DNA from: Chrysomallon squamiferum
Taxonomy: Eukaryota; Animalia; Mollusca
Direction: 5' to 3'
NCBI GenBank assembly: GCA_012295275.1
Contig: CM022665.1
Location: 12,958,001-13,022,000, forward strand
Length of the DNA stretch: 64,000 nt
The notes beneath the pieces were generated by a model. The model was not told the origin of the DNA. It saw only the letters and a program-made list of their open reading frames with translations, and searched no databases. Position 1 is the stretch's first letter. Every line of letters starts with the position of its first letter. Shown piece by piece: positions 14,123 through 27,199 of this stretch. A program made the position numbers and the translations under genes.

Positions 14123-15415
14123 CAAATAAAAGCTGGAAAACTATTCATCACGAAGTAAAAATATGTTGTTTTTTTAAATAAAAATCGTGACTATATTTCA
14201 AAATATTTGAATAATGACAATAAGTATAAAAACATATATACCCGTTGTTAAACATGTAAGATATCGGCTTTAACCACTGAAGGTATGGAATGGGAAATTC
14301 CACATGTTTAGATATCGTATTCTTTTTTCAATCAGGCATCATTTAGCCATCACTGAATATATAATTAGAAGTACATTTGTATTTAACAGAAAGCAGACAA
14401 TATTGTAATTTCTGAAATTTGATGCTAAATACGGCTATTTTCAAATTCTAGTTATTTTTGTTTGTCTTTACTGTGATCCAGATCTTAATCACTATGACAT
14501 GTTTTCATATAATTAAACTTAGACATTAAAATCAGTGACAGTTTCGAAACATACTCATCGGCTTCAGAATTCTGAAATTATTTTCTAGAACATTCTCGCG
14601 TGATTTTATGCTGCTGGCGATACAGGAAAAAAATAAAAAAAAAAAAAAAAAATCACACACACACAAAAAAGAACAAAGATGCGCATTCAACCATGAATTT
14701 AAACAGACATTCTCCTAGCATGAATCGTTTAGCAGAAATTATGTTTCTCCATAGTTGTTAAAAAAAAAGAGATAAAAAAAAAAAAAAATTGTATTCTTGG
14801 GTTAATATCTAATTAAATTAAACACACCTGTGATAAGAGATGTGCAATAGTAACAATAATGTTACGTCACTTTTAAGAACTGTATTTCTAATGTATTAAA
14901 TATAATTTATTATCCGCGTGGGACAATTTTTTTTTTTTTTTTTTTTTTTGAATTTAACGACATCTTTTGAGTATGTCGTTAAAGTTAAAATCAAAGAATA
15001 ATAAATTAAATTTTTTTTTTTAACGTGTATTAATTACAAAAGCCTACGAATAAATAGTGAAAATATATTAAGCACAGGTACAAATTATATCCACTCTTAA
15101 TTAATAACGAAACATAAAAGAGAATAAAAATTAAAATTTTTTTTTTTTAAAAAATCGAAGAAGCACCGTTTAAAACTAACTGGAACCAGTCTTATTATTC
15201 ATACTTTTTATTTTGAGCGGTGATAGGTTAAATAAATAATCAAATAATATCTTGGAAGTACACAGAATTTTATTAGTCCATTTATTTGTACCGCCATAGA
15301 TAATTATACAAGTGATTTGAAAAGCAAAACAGAAGAGAACTAAAAGAGCAAAAAAAAAAAAAAACACCAACAAAAATATTATCATGTGTTACGTAAAAAT
15401 CAGAAGCCTTTTACA

Positions 15416-15492
<77 letters not shown>

Positions 15493-18265
15493 ATAAAATA
15501 TATACACATTCTCTCTCTAACAGGGAGTTATTCAATTAATTTTCATTTTGATTTCAAGGTGTTGCTGTATACCATGTCACCATTGTAATAATGACATATC
15601 AGAAATGGCCGGTGTCGACGTTGGTGACGATACAGTACAACAAGGAGCTGCTGTTTCCGGCTGTGACAATTTGCAACATCAACCCTCTCCGACGTTCAGC
15701 CCTGAGTAATGAACACACGAAAGAACTCAACAAAATAATCGCTCAGAAGGTAAAGAAGATTATACGGTTTCATTTACGGGACAATTAATTACATGTTTGG
15801 GCCTAATTGAGTAGTTTCGACACGACATTTATATATTATGAGATGACTTGATGTGCCATATCGATGACACAAGGTATTCTTTTAGGAAATAGAATGATTA
15901 AATAAGGCTCAGTTTCTCAATGTAGATCGATCATAACATGCAAGCGTTAACGCAAACATGCAAAACCAAAAGACAGACGTAAAGTACTACTACCAATACG
16001 ACCATGACTGCTATTGTTGCTACTACTATTATTATTACTACTCTTATTACTACTACTATTACTGCTTTTGCTATTACTACTACTACTGCTACTACTATTA
16101 TCACAAGTAGGCCACTACTATAGCTACTACTGATAAATAATGATGATGATGACGATAATGGTCATAACACAACAGCACTAATAATTTCCATTCATTACAA
16201 TTTTATTTATTATTTTTTTATTATTATTTTTTTTCTATAATGTCTTTTATTCGACAGTCATTCAGTCATAAATTACTGTTATTATCTAGTTTCTTTTATT
16301 AATAATTCACATTCTGCTAACATGATACTGTGCCGTTCAACAAATGACTTCTGGTTTTAAATGCAACACCACAGATAAGCGGAAACGGATCCGACAGCGG
16401 AACGGAGAACGGAACAGGCTTCAACGGAGACTGGCAGTCACAAATGAACACTGATGAATCGTATTTCGACGAATACTCGGACGATTTCCAGACTTCAAAA
16501 TACATCCACGAGATTATGGCCACGATGACGGACAAACTGAGGGAAAATATAGGCTACAGTTTGGAACACATGTTGCTCAACTGCGAGTTTCAAGGTGTAC
16601 CGTGCGTCCCGAGGTGAATATAACGTAATCAAACCGTCGTGTAAGAAAGATAAATAATGATGCCACCAGACATGTTCGATCCATCCATACATACAAATAT
16701 TATCAATATGATAAATATTTAAATAAATCTGGACACGAGGATAATGCACGAAAGTACACATATAAACCCAAAAGGAAAGGATTATGCATATATACCTACA
16801 TGTACATACAATCATACATACATACATACATACACACACATATACATGCATTATACATGCATAGGTAAATACATATATATATATACATACGTACATGTAT
16901 ACACATATATACATCCACTATTCATACATGAATGCATACATACATACATACATACATATATACATACATACATCCATACATACAAACATACATTGTACAC
17001 ACATACAAACTTGCATTCAAATATACAAACAACCATCCATTCATCAATTATTCCATCATTCACATATTCCAATCTGAATCAAAATGGTCCTTCCTTCTGT
17101 GACGCCTTGTAAATGTTCTTTGTTTTCGTTTTCAGTAATTTTACTCGATTCTTTAATGGAGAATTTGGTAATTGCTTCATGTTTAATCAGCAGCCTGGGG
17201 TTTGGTCAATGATAACAAAAACTGGAACTCGATATGGTAAGACATATTATATATATATATCGTTATACCTGTGTCTGTTGTCTGTCTGTCTTTGTCTCTT
17301 TCTCTTTCGGTCAGTCTGACTGTATTTATGTACGTATGAAATTAAAGTGTGTGTATTTACACACACATCTGAATATATATATATATATTTATTATCTGAC
17401 AATATCATTCATACTGAAAATTACACATTTAGGTTTATCGTTGGAGATGTATGCCATGGAAGACGAATACGTTGCTGAAGTTGCTGACACAGTAGGCTTC
17501 AAAGTTTTGGTACACAGCCAATCAGTGATGCCTTTTCCTGAAGACGACGGCATCTCCGTCAGTCCTGGGACGTCAACGTCAATCAGCGTCAGCAAGGTGA
17601 CGTCATCATTTTACATATTTCTGTCTGTATTGGTTAGAGCGCGCGCCTGAATAATGAGTCAGGACGCAGAGTCAGTCCTCGATACTACCCCTTTGCGTTA
17701 ATTCCCGTTTATTAAACATTATATACATATGTGTGTGTTAAATAAATATCTATGAAAATAACCATAATTTACCTGAATTAACATAAAACATAAAATTGCT
17801 TTCGTTTCTCTTTACAGTTTCAGATGACTAGAACGCCACCTCCGTATAGTTCCTGTGTTGTTTATAACAAAGAAGATGAAAAAGCTATAAACATGTTTTC
17901 TAGTATTTTAGACACTGTGGAATATTCTTATAAGGTGAGAAAAACGAAGCCGCGATTTTACTCAGATCTGTTATTTTCTTCACAGTTATAATTCAGAATG
18001 ATACTACTTTGAATAGAAAATAATATCAAGTTACAGTCATATTTCCCCACACGTATATCGGTTTTGAAATAAGTTAAGGATCTGAACAAAATGTAAAACT
18101 AACTATCGACGTTTAACCAAGAAAATAAATAACGTAAACAACAATGGCGGCAGCAGAATGAGTAACAGTTACAGACACTACAAAAACAATAAAGAAAAAC
18201 ATAATGAATGAAAACATACAGATAAAACAGAAAACAGAAAATAAAACAAACAAATAATAGAAAAA

Positions 18266-18296
<31 letters not shown>

Positions 18297-21200
18297 AATA
18301 AAATTATTCAAAACTGATGACTTTAGCAGTAACAGTGTGAATTGCCTAGAACATTGTAACATTCCCAGATAATTACACCTCATCCATCAAAAGATTCTTC
18401 CATAAAATATAAAAAGTACAGTAATAATGTCGGTTATTTATTATTTAAAAAATATATTTTCAATGTAAAACTTGTAGATTACATAAAATAAAACAGAAAG
18501 TAAACAAACAAACACAATTTTTCTACATCTGCTTTAATTTCCAATATCCGTAAAACGGTCGAAACGAAAACTGTTTTGAAAGACAGCGGGAATTAAAGCT
18601 ATCATTCTTCTTGTAATGTCAACGTATTTTTACATAGCACAGTAATCGGTCTCTAAGGGTTTAGGAATCATTTAAAAACATAATGGTGGTTTGTTTTGCC
18701 AATACTCAATTCATTTACTGTTGTTGGTGAAAACGAACATTAATTTATCAAGGTAGACGTATCATTTGGCAAAGTTAAATGAACCTGTTTACTGCAGCCT
18801 GTACAATGGAACAGATCAAATAAAAATCTAACAGATCTAAAGAAATAAAAAAAAGAAAAACTATGTACAGCTATTGTTGATTTTAACACTGTTACTATAA
18901 TTATTACTTGTGTTATTACTTTTATTACCACTACAATTATAATACGTCTGCCGTCATTGGTGCTGTTAAAAATATTACTGCTGCTACTATTACAAAGACT
19001 ACAACCATTATTACTGCTGGTGCCACTGCTCCTACTACTTTTACTATTAGTATACACCTACCACTGCCACTACTGCCGCTCGTACTTCTGCTACTACTAT
19101 CACCACCACAGCCACCATCACTACTACTATTATTGTCACAACCACTACTATTATTAGAATGACCAGTACCACCAGCAGCACTACTAATACTACTGCTACT
19201 ACACTACTATTACTGCTACTACTACTACTTCTACTACTACTACAATTACTACTACTACTACTACTACTACTACTCCTACTACTACTACTACCACTGTTAC
19301 AACGATTATGCTTCTACTGCTACTGTTATTAATACTATCGCGGTTATTGATATCATGCTGTTGTGTACAACAACAACAACTACAGTAATATATTACATCA
19401 ACAACAACTACTTCTACAACTACTAGTACAACAACAACTATTACTACTACTGCTACTGCTACTATTATCAATAATACAATCACACATAAATAAATATATA
19501 TATAAAAAATCATTTTAAAAAATAAAATAATAATAATAATAATAATAATTCTAAAATATTAAAATAAAACATATAAATAAATAAAATATCAGCGTATAAA
19601 TTAATAAATAATAAATATGCAAATGTGTTTATGAGGTGTTCATCGATTTTACTTCATCTCCTTAAGATATTGTCTATAATTCGTCATGTTCAGACTGACT
19701 TGGTTATTTCCAAACCAGTCCTTATCAAATCTGCCACGATATTCGATTTCTTTCTGTTTCTGTATAACTGCAAAGAACTGTTCTAGAGGTGGTTTCTGGG
19801 TGTGGTCTACATATCTCAATATTTTTCAATCATTTTAAAGTCCTTACTCACACGCACACTTTACTATTTTTATTATCACATTCTAGGATTTATCTTTAAT
19901 CGTTTAAAAACAGAAAAGCACATTTTTCTTTACGTCATCGGCGGGAAAAGTATTTATGCTGGTAAATGCCAACGGGACGTTCCTTGATACTAGATCCGTG
20001 CCTTGTGTTTCTTCTTTGGTTTTTACCTCTGACGTGTGTGTCTCTGATTAAATGGTTTGCGAGCAAACCATTCGTTTGCTTTTACCATGCAACTCTGTAA
20101 TGTTCTGCAACTATTATTACGCGCAAAAAATTTGTTTTCCTGTGTCTATCTCATACGTTATTGAATTGGTATGCAATAATAATTACAGCGATAGTTGATG
20201 TTACGTTGTGGTCGATATCAGGTCCCATCGGACTAAGGTCCGTCGCGCCGACATGAACCATGTTTAGTTTATTGTTTACTGCCTGCGTGCTTTTCTAATT
20301 CATTGTAATTACTTCGGATACAATAGAAAACATATATGTTGTACGAAAATCGATAATAGCAAGCAAACACCTTTTCAACTCATTTGGCGTTTTGTGTTCA
20401 TAAAACAAAAATATGCAGGAAACGATGTATAGTCAATGTTATAAATAACGTATACGCACACTTTAAACCATACTTACAATTTTTTAAGCTTAAAAATTAT
20501 AATCCAAGGGGAATTATGCACATTTATTTATTAGAAAGGAAAATAACAGTTCTATCTAAAAATCATAAGCAAACGCATGTCTATTCGTCCCACGAACAAA
20601 ATAAGTTAGCCAACAGACACAAACTCACATATCGGTATTCCCAAAATTAAATTTTTTTTTTTTTTTAAATCTGTTCTTTGTTTGGTTTATACAGTATTAC
20701 TGGAGATAATAATTAAAGCATTAGTAGGAAAAACAACAGGAAAAACAACAATGACAACAGAGAACAAACAACAACGGCAACAACAACGACAACGATGACG
20801 ACATTAATAATAACAACAACAACAATTAACATCAGTATTAACACCGGCGTCATCTCACAATAAGAACACAAATGAACAGTAGAATGAATTTTAATTCCTG
20901 TTTTAATCATTTTCGTTTTACATACAGGCTTGCGACAAAACGTGCTACCAAAAAAGTGTCGTGAAGGAATGCGGCTGCTGCGACATCAAACTGCCGTGCA
21001 GGGTCGACGCCTTGCAGAGCCTGGATTTGGAAGACACAGCGAAAATAACGTTTTGTAACACTACGAAAGGTTCAGTTCAGAAAGGTAGGTTAAATTACTT
21101 TGTCGTAGAGTTTTTAGTATCCGTTTCAGAGAATGATTGTTTGCGTTAATGAGTAAAGACGGAGTGCACATACAAGCTACAGGTGGAGGATCCCTCATCC

Positions 21201-23586
21201 GAAATGCATGGGACGAGAAAACGTTTCGGATTTCTGAATCTTGTACAGATATTCTGCAGCCATTTTATATAATATCTGTAATAAACTCGTGCATGAAATA
21301 CGGTTTGTAAGTGGTGTATCTTTAATATATTACAATCGAAAACGTTTCGGATTTCGGAATTTCCGATAAAGGATTTGAAGCTTGTAATACATTACCAAAT
21401 CATTTTGTCTGTCTATTTACTGTCACAGTATTTTTTAGTATATTTTAATGAATTTCAAAATAGAGTTTGTCTATTTATTTTTGAAAGTATGTGACAGTAT
21501 ATATAATTACAAAAAAGTTTGTATGGTGTCTGGACCTAAGTATTTGCTATGTGTAAATATTTATCGTACACATGTAGGTAATAATTTAACACATTTAATA
21601 CAACTTTTAATTATTTTAATTAACAGAGTGCACTAACAGGCTATTCTCAGACTATCTACACAATGATCTTGGCTGTGACGAAATTTGCTCGCCATCTTGC
21701 AGGTCTGTAGTATCTAGTCATATTTAATCGAAACAAACAAATAAACAAGGACAGCAGGAACAACAGTAATAACGATGATAATAGCAAAAGTAAAAATAAA
21801 GTAAAACCAGAAACAAGATATACATAGAAATAATTCTTACTCCTACCAAAGAAAATAGAAACAAATAATTTTAAAAATGATAATATAATTTTGTTCATAT
21901 CAGTGACGTAGACTACAATACGGAGGTGTCGTCAGCTGTATGGCCCGCAGAAGTGATAGCAGACTACGTGTTTGAGAAAGTAAAAGCAAGACGCCGAAAT
22001 TCCAACTCATCCGAACTTCATCTACCCGAAAATGAAACAAAATTGCAATATCTAAGGTATTTGCTCAAATTACATAGCAAACAAAAAGAAGCAAGCCAAT
22101 ATATATTTTTAGATAATTAATATTTATCGAATACATAGATCTAAAAAAAATGAGCTATTAAATAGTTGAATATATATTTCTGGCGATTTAATATCGTGAT
22201 TTAATATTTATATATAATGTTCAAGTCGAATGCACAAAATAAATATTGCAATTTGGAGCCGGAATGATAACGCCACAAGGGAGATTACTAAGTTTGAAAT
22301 GTTAACTGAAGAGTTATCGAAACTGATGGATCGATTAATACATTCTCGGACAGGCATGATATATAGATATATTTAATATATTAATTAATTTCTCCTTTTC
22401 AACAGGAAAAACGTCGCGAAGATTAATGTTTTTTACAAACAGCTGAATCACGAACACATTGAAACAACTCCGTCATACAGCGTAAGTCTGAATGAGTATT
22501 TATTTTATAAAAACTTACTTCAGTATATAAAATAAGGTTTGATTTGTTTGACATATTATAGAGCTTCTTACTCTCTTGGGATTTAGATAGTAAAAATAAC
22601 CATTATATTTTTTAAATAATAACAAGGGATCTTTTACATCACCTTGTCACAAACAGGAAAGCATAGACTTTGAAAACTAAAGCATTCTCTAAAATGCGAA
22701 AACATATTTTTTGGTTTTTTTAATTTAAAAAAAAAATGTTTTATTATTATTATTATTATTGTTGTTTAAAAATAATTTTAAAAATTTCTTTGCATTGGTG
22801 AGAATGATTCAGTATATGAAAATAAAAGAGTATTTGCTGCAGATAATAGTGACGAAACCTTCGGTTTCATTTCTTATAGTATCCGTGCAAAACCATGTAA
22901 CTGATTTCTAAAAACGATTTATTCTAAACTGTACTATGGTGTATATAATAATTATAGTTTATGAACTTTAAGCCTTTCGGCATCCATTTCATGCATAAGA
23001 TAATAACACTGGACAAGTGGTATATATGTAGGAAGGAAAATTAAACATGTTGGGAATGAATGTACAATGCATTTCTAAGATTTTTTTTCTAAGATTTTTT
23101 TCCAAGTTTACGGAGTTCTTTTCTATCCTGAACACATAACGGCTGTACTAGTTTGAACACGGATAATTTTCTCCAGCAACATTTCTTTATAATATGTTGA
23201 ATGTATAGACTGTTGTATAAAGATCAATTCAAAATAAAGTGATTTTCATCTTGCATAATAATGTATATCGTTTTCACTACACTTTCATTACATGTTTCGT
23301 AAAACACTCGCTTGTTATTTCATTCTAAGGCACTGGTTGTCGCTATGTTTACTGTTAAAATTAACCTATATTCTTTATTAAATAACCAAATGTTTTTCTT
23401 TTCCAGTGGAACACATTATTATCAGACATCGGCGGTCAGCTAGGCCTGTGGGTGGGGTTCTCCCTGCTAACTGCCATTGAGCTTGTGGAATTAATAGCAG
23501 ATATTTTGATATCATTAATTAAAAAGGGTCAAGTAGTCACGAAAGTTGCCGAGCAAAAGCCCATGTATAACCTGAAGAAATTCTAA
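5790..23586 (+). CDS. DEG/ENaC (amiloride-sensitive, ASIC/FaNaC-like) sodium channel subunit, 536 aa, 11 exons
   Basis: Exons 5790-5946, 15559-15749, 16375-16613, 17136-17236, 17433-17596, 17818-17934, 20928-21084, 21627-21702, 21904-22056, 22406-22481, 23407-23586; all GT-AG and phase-consistent (1611 nt). Family motifs: [12 protein letters not shown]1, [22 protein letters not shown], Cys-rich thumb (CDKTCYQ..ECGC), TM2 [19 protein letters not shown]. Confidence 0.97.
10830..10980 (-). mobile_element. tRNA-derived SINE
   Basis: Reverse strand begins GGATGTCTTGGTGGCTAAACGG (A-box-like) and contains CGTTCGAGTCTC (B-box), followed by a non-tRNA body. GC-rich island in an AT-rich intron. Confidence 0.7.
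11187..14625 (+). pseudogene. Decayed contactin-like Ig-superfamily gene relic nested in DEG/ENaC intron 1
   Basis: Exon-like 11187-11475 gives [48 protein letters not shown]|gtgagt (contactin Ig1-like). Further Ig-like scraps at ~12080 ([13 protein letters not shown]), ~12450 (QLTIINP), ~13310 ([14 protein letters not shown]), ~14340 (HLAITE..KYICI) and ~14470-14620. Heavily disrupted. Confidence 0.4.
12508..12593. repeat. (CT)n microsatellite
   Basis: Seen directly. Confidence 0.95.
18500..20470 (-). pseudogene. Antisense nested gene relic with a repeated uncharacterised domain (DEG/ENaC intron 6)
   Basis: Minus-strand exon-like blocks: [11 protein letters not shown] (~20445-20410); [18 protein letters not shown] (~20260-20205); [17 protein letters not shown] (~20103-20050); frameshifted ..FTSINTFP..; [51 protein letters not shown] (19806-19649); [11 protein letters not shown] (~18575-18540). 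Confidence 0.4.
18890..19470. repeat. Degenerate (TAC/TAT/CAC/AAC) trinucleotide repeat region
   Basis: Seen directly; source of the poly-V/T/L ORFs. Confidence 0.9.
21180..21384. mobile_element. Tigger-type MITE (ends resemble Tigger4/MER46)
   Basis: TA-CAGGTGGAGGATCCCTCATCCGAAAT...TTTCCGATAAAGGATTTGAAGCTTG-TA: imperfect TIRs, TA flanks, internal repeat GAAAACGTTTCGGATTTC. Confidence 0.75.
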
Positions 23587-23863
23587 GTGTATATGTTTAT
23601 TATATTTCAACAAATTAGCTTCAATTTAGAGCCTAGAAATGGACGTATGTGCAGAAAGTCAAACTAGACATAAAATATTCGTCAGAAAACAGAGAGAAAG
23701 GGAGCGAGAGAGAGAGGCATGTGAAAAAGAAATAATAGAAAAAGATGAGATAAAAAGAGGAAAGAGACAAAGAAGGACTAGCAGAGAGATACAGAAAAGG
23801 AGAGAAAAAAGAAAATATATACATACCTCATCTTTGCCTTATAGTACTATAATAATTATATAT

Positions 23864-23907
<44 letters not shown>

Positions 23908-24714
23908 TGTTTTTTTTTTTGGTCTGTTTAATGAAAGATTTAGAAAAAGGACAAAAAGAGATTTATAAGCCAATAAATAAAAATTGTTTATTAATATAGC
24001 ATTCAGCCTTTCTATATTCTTTTGCCCCTGATGAAATTTAAAACATCTACTTTATTTTACATATATATATACATTTTAAATGTTGGCTGAGACTGAAAGA
24101 CTCTTCCTCCTATGGAGGTGATATAATTCTAGCCGAGACAGTCATCAGAGGCAGTGTTTTACAAAAATGAAAAAACTGTATTTTGAAACTAATTGCATAT
24201 GTAACGCACGCGGACATGTGGCTGTTCTTAATGGTCGTAAATTGTTTGGATATCAACTGTTTTAACGCCACTGTGGTTGTAAATTAAGACTGATTTTCTA
24301 TTTTTATTAAATTACTGATTAAAATGAAAGTCAACTTATCTAGTTTATAACTATAAACTACTCTCAGTGTTCATTTATTTATATACTTTATTACTGGCAT
24401 TGATATAGATAGATAGTTTTCTTATTTCACTTTTTGAAGTCTATACATAATTTGGATAATACATTAAATTTTCTCGGAAGTTTTAATTTTTATTTTTTAT
24501 TTTTGTGATATTAAGATGTAAGTATTTTTGCTTTAGATTTGCTGTTACAAGTTTTTAATTTTAAATGGAACATTATATTTATTTTATTCTTAAAACCAAT
24601 TTCGAGTTTCACCTTTGTAATCTTTTGATCCTTCTGATGGTGGTTATATCTATATCTATATTATTATATTCTTTAACGAAAATAGGTATCATTAGAATTT
24701 CATTTCAAGAAAAC

Positions 24715-25306
24715 TGAACAGAAACTACCATATATAAATACATATACACACACACTCATTTACTCAAGTCTCAAAAGAACAAAAAGTTATGATTCTTTCT
24801 TTCATTTTCGTTTGTTTACTTGTTTGTTTGTTGTTGTTTTTTCCCTAAAATTATTTGTTCAGTATCTGAAAGTTTAACAGGGTAATTAATTTTTACAGAT
24901 CTTCCCTTTTTTTTTATTTTTTTTTTTTATTTAATTTTTATTTATTGTTTTTATACATTTGTAAATTGTATTTGTTTTGTTTTATTGTTTTGTTTTATCA
25001 TCTTGTCTAAATTAATAAACTTTTCATCCAGATGTTCATGTCTGTTGTATTTCAGCTGACTTTGTGAATGTGCTTGAAAAAAGAGAGAGAAATAGAGAGA
25101 CTGTGTCGAAGAGCGACGAAAGAAAGGAAAGGCGAAATAAATAATATTTAAAAAAAAAAGAAAGAAAGAAAGAAAGAAAGAAAAACAGAACGAGCTGAAA
25201 GATAATATGAAAAAATAAAAAAATAATAAAAAAAGATATGACGAATGACAAAGAGGAAAAGAGAAAGAGAGAGAGAGAGAGACAAATACTAAGAAGAAAA
25301 ACCCCA

Positions 25307-25339
<33 letters not shown>

Positions 25340-26055
25340 CTTTTGGGACACAACTATATTTAGTTCGGTAAATTAGTTGTTATTAAAAAATATATTGTTC
25401 GAAGTTACCTTTTTCAGTTTTTAACTGCTGGTTTAGATCTTAAAAGGCCTTTCATTCAAAAAATAACAACTAAATTGTTATTTAAGAACTATTTTGTTTT
25501 GGTGTGTGGCGAAAACGAAATTATTACGCGTGAGATCGGCTACAGTTGATTTCATTCAATTGTTGCATTATTTAGGATTGGAGGATAAAGGAAAAAGCTG
25601 GTTATTCAGTTAAGGTGTCAGGTTTATCCTGGCCCACTTCAGCGAGGCTATTTGTGAACTCACTTCCCCCGACAGTACTCTGGCTTTCATTTGTCACTAT
25701 ACCACAAAACAAAATAAACAACTACGAATTATTATTTTGTGAATGAAAAGTATCTTCAAAATGGTCTTTTAAGATCTTATTCAGTAATTAATCGCTAAAA
25801 ATTAAAAAATTAAAAATATTTTTTTAACAATATATATTTAAAAAACAAATAATTCATCGAAGTAAGTACAGCTCCGTTCCAAAAATATATATTTGTGGTC
25901 AGTGTCCATAATAAAAATGTATCTAGTTACCATATATTTCTACTATGTAAATTAATTTCAGGATAAGTATGTATATACGTGTGTGTGTGTGTGTGTGTGT
26001 GACAGAAAAGTGGATAAAGGCGAGTGAAAATTAAAGAATGAAAGAGTTATAACAA
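24715..26055 (+). repeat. Tandem segmental duplication, copy A
   Basis: Aligns by eye to 27200-28435 (offset ~2483 bp in the core); core 25339-25790 is nearly identical. Confidence 0.92.
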
Positions 26056-27199
26056 GAAGGAAAGCGACGGGGTAACTTGAGAAGAGAAACAGAAAAAAGT
26101 GCTAGAGAGAAAGACTGAGAGTAATTGAATGAGAACAGATAAACAACGAACTAGGCAATGGGATAGAAACAATCAAGAAACCCACCAAAAAAAGCAAAAA
26201 AAAAAAAAAAAAAAAAAAAACAGCCACAAACGAGTGAATGAGAACGGTGCTTAAGCACTTAAATTGTGTCACGATTACTTATGTACTGAAAATAATGAAC
26301 GTAGTATGAACACTTGGGCTGGGGTTCATTCATGAAATAACTAAACAATTAATGTTGTTTATTAAGGCAATTTCCTAGAATAATAAACTCATTGTTAAGT
26401 AATCAACACATGCTTTACATTAGTAAAATAACGACTCTGTTCTACTTTGTTTTACTTCTTACTTTCCGCCTTATGTTTCGTCTGTCTTTCAACATTAAAA
26501 CAAGCAAACAAAGAATCAAACAATATATTTACATACATAAGGATTAGATTAATAAATGAATAAATGAAAATGGAACTTAAGGGGGGTGGGAATTAAAGAA
26601 GACACACACATACACATGCACTAATATAATGATGAAATTTTTTTTTTGGGGGGGCCTGTTCAAAACTTATGGTGGAATGAAAATTCAATACATGCAGTTT
26701 TAAATTAAGTTCCCAAATTAAATGGAAAGAATAGCTTTCTGTTCAAGCACATTATAACTACTATATCTATATTTATTTCGGTGAAAATTTATAGTATTAA
26801 TAATAATAATAATAATAATAATTCTTTAAATATCTTCATCCCAGCTTTGTAAACGCAATACCAACAAATAAATAATAAATTAATTATCAATCACACACAT
26901 ATATTAGGTGCCCAATACGTCGATCGCATAGACAGTGTGGGTAGATCGCATGACACTAAAAAATAGCCTGTCATCCATCCTGCAGCCATAATAAATGTTT
27001 TGAGTTTTTATTTTCACTTATTTGTAGAGTGAGTTTGGTATCGGAGAGAAAATGGCAAATAAAGAGGCAAAGATAGAGAGAGAAAGATAAGCAAATATAA
27101 AGTGAGGCAAAGATAGAGAGAGAAAGATAAGCAAATAAAAAGTGAGACAGAAGGAGAGAGATAGAGAGAGAGTCGGAGTAGGGGGAAAAGAGAGAGCGA

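Noticed and set aside
25596-25688. Assignment as vault, Y or U7 RNA
   Set aside because: No canonical B-box or U7 Sm site and only a weak plus-strand terminator; kept as an unassigned candidate.
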